Shown one piece after another: positions 49,675 to 58,094 of a DNA stretch of 64,000 nt (position 1 is its first letter; each line of letters opens with the position of its first letter). The notes below the pieces were generated by a model that ran no database searches, was not told the DNA's origin, and was given only the letters and a program-made list of their open reading frames with translations. This DNA comes from Dehalococcoidia bacterium (GTDB taxonomy: Bacteria > Chloroflexota > Dehalococcoidia > Lucifugimonadales > UBA6952): contig JAKUQA010000005.1 of the NCBI GenBank assembly GCA_022450525.1, forward strand, positions 4,475 to 68,474, given 5' to 3'. The translations under genes and the position numbers were made by a program.

Positions 49675-50499
49675 TTAAACCTCGTTAAATTTAGGATATG
49701 AACCAAACACCCTTATCTGACTTGTTTGTTTTCTTAATTTCTCCATCACAGGTTTAATACTTTCGTCATTTTGATGGCCATCAAAATCAATTAAAAATAT
49801 ATATTGCCCCAAACCTTCTCTGGAGGGTCGAGATTCAATTTTTATCAAATTTATATCATTCGATGCAAAAATACCTATGGTATCGTATAGCTGTCCTGGT
49901 TTATCCACATCATAACTAAAACATAGTGAAGTTTTGTCAAAACCAGTTGGATTAGTAAAATCTTTACCCAATACTACAAATCTAGTTACATTCGATGAAT
50001 TATCTTGAATACTTTTGTTCAAAATTTTCATGTCATAAAGTTCAGCTGAACCTAAGTTTCCAATAGCTGCACCCTGAGTATCACCTTTAATTTGCTCTAC
50101 AGCTGAAGCAGTACTTAAAGATGCTACTAAATTTGCTTTTGGAAAATTGGATTCAAGAAATACCCTACATTGTGCTAATGCTTGAGGATGAGAATATATA
50201 TTTTTTACATCCTTAACATTGGTGTTTGGATCGATAATGAAATGATGCTCTATTTTAATTATCACTTCATTACAAATAATTAGTGATGGATCATGTATTA
50301 ATAAATCCAGGGTATCTACAACCGAACCATTTAGACTATTTTCAATAGGTAAAACAGCGAGGTCGCTATCGATATTCACTGAGTCATATACTGCCCGAAA
50401 ATTAGATTGGGGTATCAAATTAGCTTTGGAATCATACAATTGTGCAGCCAATTCAGTAAAAGTTCCAGCTGGACCTAAATATGATATGTTTCGAACCAT
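49675..50499 (-). CDS. pheA: Prephenate dehydratase with ACT domain
   Basis: YLGPAGTFTE, PIENS, YSHPQALAQC, NVTRF, KIESRP; start reassigned to ATG 50499 (AGGAGA RBS). Confidence 0.95.
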   Translation of the reverse strand: MVRNISYLGPAGTFTELAAQLYDSKANLIPQSNFRAVYDSVNIDSDLAVLPIENSLNGSVVDTLDLLIHDPSLIICNEVIIKIEHHFIIDPNTNVKDVKNIYSHPQALAQCRVFLESNFPKANLVASLSTASAVEQIKGDTQGAAIGNLGSAELYDMKILNKSIQDNSSNVTRFVVLGKDFTNPTGFDKTSLCFSYDVDKPGQLYDTIGIFASNDINLIKIESRPSREGLGQYIFLIDFDGHQNDESIKPVMEKLRKQTSQIRVFGSYPKFNEV

Positions 50500-50507
50500 A
50501 AAATCTC

Positions 50508-51176
50508 CTACATTGTAAGCCAATTATTTAAAACTCTTATAGAATCTTCATCACCAATAAATATTAATTCATCACCAATATCGATAGTTGTATTAGCATC
50601 AATAATTTTTGGATTGCCACGCCCATCGATCATCATTAAAAGAGAAGTATCTTCTGGTAATTGTATATCACTGATTTTAATTCCAATAACATTACTTTCC
50701 AGCTCAACATGAACACGAAATATTTTTCGTTGTGAATTTTCTGATAGAGGCATTTCAAAAAAAGATGGTTTGTGAGCATTAGGAATACTATCTTCTAAAT
50801 CTTGCAATATCACATCAGTGTGATTAATTATGACATCAACACCTAATTGTTGAAATAAAGCTTCATTTTCTGGATTGTTTACTAATGCTATAGTTTTTGG
50901 AATATTAAATGATAGTTTAGCAACTTGGCAACCAATCAAATTTGAAGAATCATCTCCTGTTACTGCAATTAATAAATCTGCTCTCCTAATTCCAGCTTTT
51001 TCTAAACTATTAGGATTTGTACCATCCGCCTGTAAAGCTATACTTCCAAATGAATTAACTACTGATGAATAACGAGCAGCATCAGGTTCAAATACTAAAA
51101 CTTCATTACCACTTGCCAGTAACTCAGAAGCTAAGTTATATCCAATTGTTCCACATCCTAAAATTAAGACGTACAT
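50508..51176 (-). CDS. trkA: TrkA-type RCK protein (TrkA_N plus TrkA_C)
   Basis: ILGCGTIG, DGTNPNSLEKAGI, AVTGDDSSN. Confidence 0.88.
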   Translation of the reverse strand: MYVLILGCGTIGYNLASELLASGNEVLVFEPDAARYSSVVNSFGSIALQADGTNPNSLEKAGIRRADLLIAVTGDDSSNLIGCQVAKLSFNIPKTIALVNNPENEALFQQLGVDVIINHTDVILQDLEDSIPNAHKPSFFEMPLSENSQRKIFRVHVELESNVIGIKISDIQLPEDTSLLMMIDGRGNPKIIDANTTIDIGDELIFIGDEDSIRVLNNWLTM

Positions 51177-51190
51177 GTTTTCCCTTTTAT

Positions 51191-51586
51191 TTATCTTATT
51201 GAATCTAGCACAATATCAGATATTAAACTTGTAGTACTGATAACATTTAAACCTAATTTACGAAATATACCATCTTTTTTGGGATCAGAAACTAAACATA
51301 AGATAGTTTTTGGGTTATATAAAGACTTAACCTTTTGTGCTGCTAATATATTTCTATTGTCACTAGGTTCCAATGCTAAAAATATATCACTTTCAATTAT
51401 TCCAGCACCTTCTAATTCATTTGAAATAGTGCCGTCTCCTATTATTGTTGTTATATTTTCAGTTTCTTCAATAATCAAGAAGTTATCCGCCTGAACATCA
51501 ATAATCGTTATCTTATGATCATTTTTGGCCATCTTCTCAGCTACATTAACAGCGATTCCATTACATCCCATAATAACAATATTCAT
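51191..51586 (-). CDS. Stand-alone TrkA_N (RCK) domain protein
   Basis: IVIMGCNGIA, IIGDGT..LEGAGI, DNRNILAA; 131 aa with no TrkA_C domain. Confidence 0.82.
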   Translation of the reverse strand: MNIVIMGCNGIAVNVAEKMAKNDHKITIIDVQADNFLIIEETENITTIIGDGTISNELEGAGIIESDIFLALEPSDNRNILAAQKVKSLYNPKTILCLVSDPKKDGIFRKLGLNVISTTSLISDIVLDSIR

Positions 51587-51600
51587 AAAGCACCTTTAAA

Positions 51601-52023
51601 CTATTTTTCATTTCTATATAGCAATACTGGACAATGAGCATTTTCTAAAACGTACGGAACAGTATAACCTAATGTAAAAGAACCGTGTGCTCTTTTATAC
51701 TCTGATGACATAACAATTAAGCTCGCATCGCGATCAACAGCTTCCTGTATAATTGCTAATCCTGCTTCTCTTGCCTGCAATAACTCTGCTTCTACTCGAA
51801 GATTAGATTTTTTTGCTTGTGACTCTACAGAATTCAAAATAGCATCTCCAATATTAAAATCTGGAGTAAGATCAGCATCTAATGGTAGCTGACGACCCAC
51901 TTCAATGACATGAAAAACAAATACTTGTCCTTTATTTTGCTGAGCCATAAGCTTAGCTAAATTAATTGCATGTTCGTCAGTTTCATCTCCCATTACAGGT
52001 ACAACTATAGTATATTTGCTCAT
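51601..52023 (-). CDS. Universal stress protein (UspA family)
   Basis: IVVPVMGD, FHVIEV, LIVMSS, VLENAHCPVLL. Confidence 0.85.
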   Translation of the reverse strand: MSKYTIVVPVMGDETDEHAINLAKLMAQQNKGQVFVFHVIEVGRQLPLDADLTPDFNIGDAILNSVESQAKKSNLRVEAELLQAREAGLAIIQEAVDRDASLIVMSSEYKRAHGSFTLGYTVPYVLENAHCPVLLYRNEK

Positions 52024-52041
52024 TTATCTCCTAATTGATAA

Positions 52042-52713
52042 TTAATTATTAATGTCTTCGGAGCGCATTCGATCTAATAGGTCATCTCTTCCTGCTATAA
52101 ACAAAACATCATTTTCTCGTATTGATTCATCTTTCGCAGGGAAAATTATCGGATCCTTTCCTCTTCGAAGAGCTATAACTGAAACACCATACTTGTCTCT
52201 AGTTCCACCTAGACCTGATTCTTCAATAGTTTTTCCAACAACATTTGTAGGAGGTTTAACTCTACTTATACCAAACTTTGATGCTACTGATAAATAATCC
52301 TGAACATCAGGATTAAATAAAGTATGAGCCATCCGCACACCTGCATCATGCTCAGGATTAACTACCTTATCTGCTCCCACTCTTTCAAGAGTCTGTGTAT
52401 GTAGAGTGTTATTTGATCTAGCAATAACTTGTTTTACACCAAGTGTTTTTAACAGAATCGTTGTCATTATATTGGCTTGTATATCAGATCCAATAGCAAC
52501 TATTCCTAGATCATAATTAGCTATACCCAAATCACGTAATACAGCTTCACTGGTCGAGTCACCCTTAATCATGTAAGTTAATTGTCCTTGCAAATTTTCA
52601 ATAACATGATCGCTACTATCTAGAGCTAATACATCAAATCCAAGTGTATCCAATTCTTGAGCTAAGCTTATTCCAAATCTTCCTAAACCAACCACGATAG
52701 CTTGTCTTGCCAT
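52042..52713 (-). CDS. trkA: KtrA/TrkA potassium uptake regulatory subunit
   Basis: VVGLGRFG, GDST, GIVAIGSD, GADKVVNPEHDAG. Confidence 0.92.
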   Translation of the reverse strand: MARQAIVVGLGRFGISLAQELDTLGFDVLALDSSDHVIENLQGQLTYMIKGDSTSEAVLRDLGIANYDLGIVAIGSDIQANIMTTILLKTLGVKQVIARSNNTLHTQTLERVGADKVVNPEHDAGVRMAHTLFNPDVQDYLSVASKFGISRVKPPTNVVGKTIEESGLGGTRDKYGVSVIALRRGKDPIIFPAKDESIRENDVLFIAGRDDLLDRMRSEDINN

Positions 52714-52734
52714 TTCATTTCCTTTTCTTTATAT

Positions 52735-54180
52735 TTATCCGATTCTAATTCTTTCTTCAGAGTATCTATATAATGCTGTATATCTACGCCTACCCAATGC
52801 TAATGCGATAGTTAAAGGACCAACACGACCTATAAACATCGTAAATATAATTAATAATTGGCCTAAATCAGATAATGAAGAAGTAATGCCAGTAGATAAC
52901 CCTACTGTTCCAAATGCAGAAATCACTTCAAACAATACTTTGCTATAGGTAACATTTTCGGTAATAACTAATAAAAAAGCAATTATGAATATAAACATAA
53001 TAGCAATAAACGAAAGTGAAAAAGCTCTAACCACTAATGAATTAGGTATTTCCCTTCCGTAAGCTTCCACATAAGTTTTACCCCTACTAGCAGTCATAAT
53101 TGCAAGTACTATAACCGCAAAAGTCGTAACTTTAATACCTCCAGCAACCGAACCTGAAGCTCCTCCAATAAACATTAACCCAGCGTATAAAATATTAGTG
53201 TATTCTCTTGTTGTACTGAAATCTATGGATGAAAAACCGGCAGTTCTTCCACTTATTGATTGAAATAGAGATGTACTGATTCTTTCTATAATGTTTTGAT
53301 CTTTGAATGTCGATGAATTTCCCGACTCAGTAATAAGAAAAAACAATGTACCTATCACTATCAAACTTAGGGTAGTAACAAGAACTAATTTTGTATCTAA
53401 AGATAATCGTTTAAATCTTTTAAATTTCAATAATTCTAGTATTACAGGATAACTCAAACTTCCAAGAAAAATCATAAAGGCTATAAACAATAAGGTTATA
53501 TGATCTTGAAAAAAAAGAGCCAAACTTGAACTATCAGGCACGATAGTAAAACCAGCATTATTATACGAAGATATAGATAAAAAAATCGACTGCCAGATTA
53601 CATCACCATTACTTTCAAATAAAGGCAAAAAACGGTAATAATAGAATATAGCAGCAGCCACTTGAATGATTATACCCAGAGCAGCTACTTGAATAGTTAT
53701 TCTTAATATATTTGAAGATCCAATCATCTCTTTAATCGGTTGGTTTTCCCATAATACTAGTTGATTACTTGATGTAAATTGTTGTGCAACTACAACTAGC
53801 AAGAAAGTTGCAGCACTCATAAAAGTAGCCCCGCCTAAAAACATCAGAATTGCTATTGTGATCTCCCCAAAAAAACTCCAATATTCTGAGGTATTAACAG
53901 TAACTAATCCTGTTAGTGTCGCTGCAGAAGTTGATGTAAATAATGCAGTTATAAATGGTGTAAACTCATCATTATTATTCGAAATTGGGAGCCATAAAAA
54001 TAAAGTTCCCAAAGAAATAATGAATCCAAAAACATAAATGATAAGTAAAGGAGACTCAAATCTCCTGGATCCAACAGAAGTATTGGAAAACGATTCCTCT
54101 ATAACTTCCGTTTCAAATTCTTTTGTTCGAGGTTTCCTAACAACCTTGTCACCAACTCTAATAATGCTACTTTTTTGCAT
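52735..54180 (-). CDS. trkH: TrkH/KtrB potassium uptake membrane subunit
   Basis: Four pore motifs TLTG, NNAG, RTAG and GTVG; FIGGASGSVAGGIK; MFIGRVG. Confidence 0.95.
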   Translation of the reverse strand: MQKSSIIRVGDKVVRKPRTKEFETEVIEESFSNTSVGSRRFESPLLIIYVFGFIISLGTLFLWLPISNNNDEFTPFITALFTSTSAATLTGLVTVNTSEYWSFFGEITIAILMFLGGATFMSAATFLLVVVAQQFTSSNQLVLWENQPIKEMIGSSNILRITIQVAALGIIIQVAAAIFYYYRFLPLFESNGDVIWQSIFLSISSYNNAGFTIVPDSSSLALFFQDHITLLFIAFMIFLGSLSYPVILELLKFKRFKRLSLDTKLVLVTTLSLIVIGTLFFLITESGNSSTFKDQNIIERISTSLFQSISGRTAGFSSIDFSTTREYTNILYAGLMFIGGASGSVAGGIKVTTFAVIVLAIMTASRGKTYVEAYGREIPNSLVVRAFSLSFIAIMFIFIIAFLLVITENVTYSKVLFEVISAFGTVGLSTGITSSLSDLGQLLIIFTMFIGRVGPLTIALALGRRRYTALYRYSEERIRIG

Positions 54181-54270
54181 TAATTCTCCTATTGTCGGTT
54201 ATTATAAAAACAAGTTTTTTTACCATTCAGTTATTATACTATTTTATTATTAATATTTTATGGATGCAGA

Positions 54271-54299
54271 ATTGTATTCTTTCTTTAATTTTCTGTCAA
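54271..54299 (-). promoter_or_regulatory. Putative sigma70-type promoter of the trkH operon
   Basis: Minus strand TTGACA (54299-54294), 17 nt spacer, TACAAT (54276-54271). Confidence 0.65.
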
Positions 54300-54330
54300 T
54301 TAAAGTATCATTTTCTAACCTAAGTTAGTA

Positions 54331-54359
54331 TTGACTCTAATGTAAAGGTGAAGTATTAT
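54331..54359 (+). promoter_or_regulatory. Putative sigma70-type promoter of the hot-dog dehydratase operon
   Basis: TTGACT (54331-54336), 17 nt spacer, TATTAT (54354-54359). Confidence 0.6.
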
Positions 54360-54479
54360 CCCTCTACTAAGTAGCTTTTAGGGTTAATAAAGACAAGAAA
54401 TTGGTCGTTTTCCTAGTGTTTTTATAACCCTTTTTATGTCAAAAGAAAAGAAAATTCGACTGTGAAGGAAGGAGAGGTC

Positions 54480-55040
54480 ATGACTTCAAATGGAGAAAGT
54501 AAATTAACTGATGACATAAAAGCTCTAATAGGTGTAGAGGGTGAAGAACACGAAGTCACTGTCTGGGGGGTTGAAAGAGAAGGTTTGAGAAGATTTACTC
54601 AGGCTGTAATGGACCCAGATCCTAGACACTTTGATGAAAAATTTGCAAAATCCACTAAATTTGGAGAAACTACCACCCCGGGAATATATGTAACCTATCT
54701 TAATAGAACACATCCTCGTGAGGATGATCCTGTTACTAGAGCTTTTAAGGAAAATCCAGTCTCAGATGGAATAGGTGGTGTAAGAACCAGTAGTAGACCT
54801 GGTGCACTTCCAGATATACCCACAGATCTCGTTCGTGTATTAAATGCAGGAAATGAAATTGAGGTATATAAATATCCATCAATGGGAGATAGGGTGTTTG
54901 CAAAAAACAAATACCATAATATAACAGAACGTGTAGGTCGTGATGGTTCTCATATGTTAATTATTACTATGGAAACAACATATAGAAATCAAGATGGTAC
55001 ATTACTTTGTATCACACGATCTTCAAGCTTTAGAAGATAA
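54480..55040 (+). CDS. MaoC/FAS1-like dehydratase N-terminal-type hot-dog protein, paralog 1
   Basis: RRFTQAVMDPDPRHFDEKFA, LNAGNEIE, MGDRV; ATG 54480 behind GGAGAGG. Confidence 0.8.
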   Translation: MTSNGESKLTDDIKALIGVEGEEHEVTVWGVEREGLRRFTQAVMDPDPRHFDEKFAKSTKFGETTTPGIYVTYLNRTHPREDDPVTRAFKENPVSDGIGGVRTSSRPGALPDIPTDLVRVLNAGNEIEVYKYPSMGDRVFAKNKYHNITERVGRDGSHMLIITMETTYRNQDGTLLCITRSSSFRR

Positions 55041-55068
55041 AAATTATATTCAAGAAAGGAGAATGGTT

Positions 55069-55569
55069 ATGCCTACTCAAGAAGAGTTAAGAAATAAAGA
55101 ACAAACATATTATGATGATGTAGAAGTTGGCCAAGACTTACCGCCATATATTATAGGGCCAATGACTCCAACACATTTATTTAGATGGAGTGCTGCTATA
55201 GAAAACTGGCATAGGATTCACTATGACCAGGACTTTAGTATCTATCATGATGGACTACCTAATATTTTGGCACAAGGTTCTTGGAAACAGAGTGTTATGC
55301 CACAATATTTAAAAGACCTCTGCTTACCTAATGGCTGGGCTTGGAAAGTTCAGTTTCAACACAGAGCCATGATTGTCCCTGGAGATACAATCACAGTCTC
55401 TGCAAAAGTCACAAATAAATATGAAAAAGATGGATTAGGGTTTGTTGAAGTGGAAACAGGAATGACAAACCAAGATGGTATCAATACATGCCCAGGTAAT
55501 GGAACTATTGTATTACCAATAAAAGGCGGAAAAGAGATACCATATCCTTTTGTCGCTCCAGAAGAATAA
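55069..55569 (+). CDS. MaoC-like acyl dehydratase (probable catalytic hot-dog subunit)
   Basis: YYDDVEVGQDLP, ENWHRIHYD, ILAQG, PGDTITVSAKV; start reassigned to ATG 55069 behind AAGGAG. Confidence 0.82.
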   Translation: MPTQEELRNKEQTYYDDVEVGQDLPPYIIGPMTPTHLFRWSAAIENWHRIHYDQDFSIYHDGLPNILAQGSWKQSVMPQYLKDLCLPNGWAWKVQFQHRAMIVPGDTITVSAKVTNKYEKDGLGFVEVETGMTNQDGINTCPGNGTIVLPIKGGKEIPYPFVAPEE

Positions 55570-55605
55570 TTAATCATTTAAACAAACTTTTTTAAGGAGG
55601 CAATT

Positions 55606-55884
55606 ATGCCACGTTGGTTAGCAATAGGTACTGCTGATGGATGGGATAATCCAGAAAAATTTAGAGAACAAATGGCTGCTACAAAAAATTGGCGCCCTGA
55701 TGCTCGAACTACAATTACAACAGTTCTGCATTTAGGTGATGGCAAATTACTTGCAGAATGCCATTCTCCTTCACAAGATGCATTTGATGCATGGTTAGAA
55801 CAAAAGGGATGGAATATCGAAAGTATTACACCTATACAACAAATCGCAAAAACTGGAAGTATTTGGGATGGTCAAAAACCATAA
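55606..55884 (+). CDS. Small hypothetical protein, 92 aa, Trp-rich
   Basis: Strong AAGGAGG RBS; in-operon position. Confidence 0.75.
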   Translation: MPRWLAIGTADGWDNPEKFREQMAATKNWRPDARTTITTVLHLGDGKLLAECHSPSQDAFDAWLEQKGWNIESITPIQQIAKTGSIWDGQKP

Positions 55885-55903
55885 CCCTTAAGGAGGCAAA
55901 ATT

Positions 55904-56458
55904 ATGACGACATCTGAAACTAAATTAACAGATGAAGTAAAAGCAATGATTGGTGTTGAGGGTGAATTAGCTGAGGCTTCTTGGTACTTGATTGAAAACG
56001 AAGGAGTACGTAGATTCACACAAGCTGTTATGGATCCAGATCCTAGATTTTGGGATGAAGAATACGCAAAAAATTCTAAATTTGGTGAGTTAATTACTCC
56101 TCCAATTTATGTTAGCTATCAAGCAAAAACCCCACCATGGGGCGGTGATCCAGTAACACAAGCTTTTAAAGAAAACCCTGTCGCAGATGGAGTTGCACAA
56201 CTCAAAGAAAGACCAAAGGGATCTTTACCTCGTGTTCCTACTGACTTAGTAAGAAACCTTAATGCTGGTAATGACTTGGAAATATTTCAATATCCAAGTC
56301 GAGGAGACAGAATCTACAAACAACAACGTTATGCAAATATTATTGAACGTGTTGGGCGAGATGGTTCTCATATGTTGATTATTACAACAGAAGTAAACTT
56401 CTATAATCAAAAAGGCGAAAAACTTTGTACTACACGCGCTTCAGGATTTAGAAGATAG
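55904..56458 (+). CDS. MaoC/FAS1-like dehydratase N-terminal-type hot-dog protein, paralog 2
   Basis: RRFTQAVMDPDPRFWDEEYA, LNAGNDLE; clearly paralogous to 54480-55040; AAGGAGG RBS. Confidence 0.82.
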   Translation: MTTSETKLTDEVKAMIGVEGELAEASWYLIENEGVRRFTQAVMDPDPRFWDEEYAKNSKFGELITPPIYVSYQAKTPPWGGDPVTQAFKENPVADGVAQLKERPKGSLPRVPTDLVRNLNAGNDLEIFQYPSRGDRIYKQQRYANIIERVGRDGSHMLIITTEVNFYNQKGEKLCTTRASGFRR

Positions 56459-56471
56459 TAATATCATACAA

Positions 56472-56509
56472 AAAAAGGGAAGAGGTAATCTCTTCCCTTT
56501 TTATTTTTT
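56472..56509 (+). terminator. Intrinsic (rho-independent) terminator of the hot-dog operon
   Basis: Perfect 13-bp stem AAAAAGGGAAGAG-gtaat-CTCTTCCCTTTTT followed by a T run. Confidence 0.9.
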
Positions 56510-56537
56510 GATTCATTAAATCAAGGAGTGCTTTCTG

Positions 56538-57293
56538 ATGGATGATGTAATCTGTTTTATGACAGATAATAATGATCGAAAACCTCAGAAAATTTCTACG
56601 CGGCCACGTTTACCGCAAGCGTCTTTACATTGCCCCCCTATTACTGCAGGTAATGAACTTGGACTAGTCGTATACCCTAATAGTAGTTCTAATTGGGAAA
56701 TCCAAAGAGTACCAGAATATATTCAGGTTACTTATACTCCTGAAAATCCTGAAATAGACACACCTTTTATACTCTCCGTTGGTGAGGATGGATCACGAAT
56801 GGTCCAGCTAATACCTAAGGATCCGAATGATCCCTCAACTCAAGAAGATTATCAACAAGCCATGAAAAGAATTGATACTCTTTTTAACGATTTTCATACA
56901 CCTGCCGGAGCTATTACCTTGAAAGCCAATTGCTGGTTTCAAACTCCTGAGAACTGGGATTCAATTTGGATGGGAATAACAAATCAATTCGATCCCCCGT
57001 TCCCTGACACATACACTGTTAGAGTACAAACTGATTGGTACTCAGCTTCAACGAACGTTGAAATTCGTTATCAACTGAAAATAGGTCAAATTGTAAAGGT
57101 ATCTAAAGAAAATCCTATTGGTATGGTTACATTTTTAGAACGTGACAATATCAACATCAAGTACAGTGAATACTCTGATCAGCTCATTGGTAAACAAAAT
57201 GAACAGAAAAATGAGAAACTAGATAAGTCCTACGTAATCACAGAAAAAAATCTCACGCCACATAATATTTGGTATCAAACAAATAAGAAATAA
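56538..57293 (+). CDS. Hypothetical protein resembling DUF6065 (dUTPase-like beta fold)
   Basis: AAGGAG RBS; motifs HCPPITAGNELG, FQTPENW, VQTDWY and KENPIG recall DUF6065 from memory; unverified. Confidence 0.55.
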   Translation: MDDVICFMTDNNDRKPQKISTRPRLPQASLHCPPITAGNELGLVVYPNSSSNWEIQRVPEYIQVTYTPENPEIDTPFILSVGEDGSRMVQLIPKDPNDPSTQEDYQQAMKRIDTLFNDFHTPAGAITLKANCWFQTPENWDSIWMGITNQFDPPFPDTYTVRVQTDWYSASTNVEIRYQLKIGQIVKVSKENPIGMVTFLERDNINIKYSEYSDQLIGKQNEQKNEKLDKSYVITEKNLTPHNIWYQTNKK

Positions 57294-58091
57294 TTATCCC
57301 ATCTCTCGTATTTTTTCAACTAATAGTGGGAGAATATCTCCAGTTGCTCCTGCGATTTGAGTCGTAACAATATCGGATATTGGTGTTCTTTCTGGATTAA
57401 TCTCAACTATATACGCGCCGTTCATGTAAGCTTCTGTAGGAAATGAGGCAGCAGGATAAACTGTACCAGACGTTCCCAGAACTAACATTGCATCGCAATT
57501 TTGTGTAGCTGTAATACATCTCGCAAGAACATCTGAAGGAATAGGTTCTCCAAACATTACTCCGTCACCTTTAATCATACCCTGACAATTTGGGCATTTA
57601 GGAGGAATATCAATAATCGTAAATTCATCTCGTAAAAATCTGCTGGAACAATCTAAACAACGATAATAATTTCTATTTCCATGAATTTCTGCAACATTAT
57701 TATTGCCAGCTATCCTATGTAAACCATCAACATTTTGAGTGATTATTGTATCTAATTTGCCCATTTTTTCTAATTCAACTAGTGCAAAATGACCTGGGTT
57801 AGGTTTTGCTTCAGCTAATGCTTTTGTGAATTTTGCACGTTCAGGTGATTCTTCATTAACGAGATCTGGATTCAACATTCTTTCCCACCATAATTTTGGA
57901 TCGTTCATAAAATTTTGAAAACTTCTAGGATCTGGTTCTCCAATTTTAGTCCAAATTCCACCCGAACCTCTATATGTTGGTATGCCACTTTCTGCGCTCA
58001 TTCCAGCACCAACTAAAGCAACTACATGACTAGCACCATGAATTTTTTCTGCAGCTATATCAATTAATTTTTTTATTTCATCCGTAATCAT
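57294..58091 (-). CDS. cobB: NAD-dependent protein deacylase (sirtuin)
   Basis: GAGMSAESGIPTYRG, TQNVDGLH, EIHGN, CLDC..CPNC, FGE, GTSGTVYPAA. Confidence 0.95.
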   Translation of the reverse strand: MITDEIKKLIDIAAEKIHGASHVVALVGAGMSAESGIPTYRGSGGIWTKIGEPDPRSFQNFMNDPKLWWERMLNPDLVNEESPERAKFTKALAEAKPNPGHFALVELEKMGKLDTIITQNVDGLHRIAGNNNVAEIHGNRNYYRCLDCSSRFLRDEFTIIDIPPKCPNCQGMIKGDGVMFGEPIPSDVLARCITATQNCDAMLVLGTSGTVYPAASFPTEAYMNGAYIVEINPERTPISDIVTTQIAGATGDILPLLVEKIREMG

Positions 58092-58094
58092 ACG

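Noticed and set aside
10357-49909. Perfect DnaA boxes TTATCCACA at 10357-10365, 14869-14877 and 49901-49909
   Set aside because: Isolated, all inside coding sequences and not clustered; no origin signature
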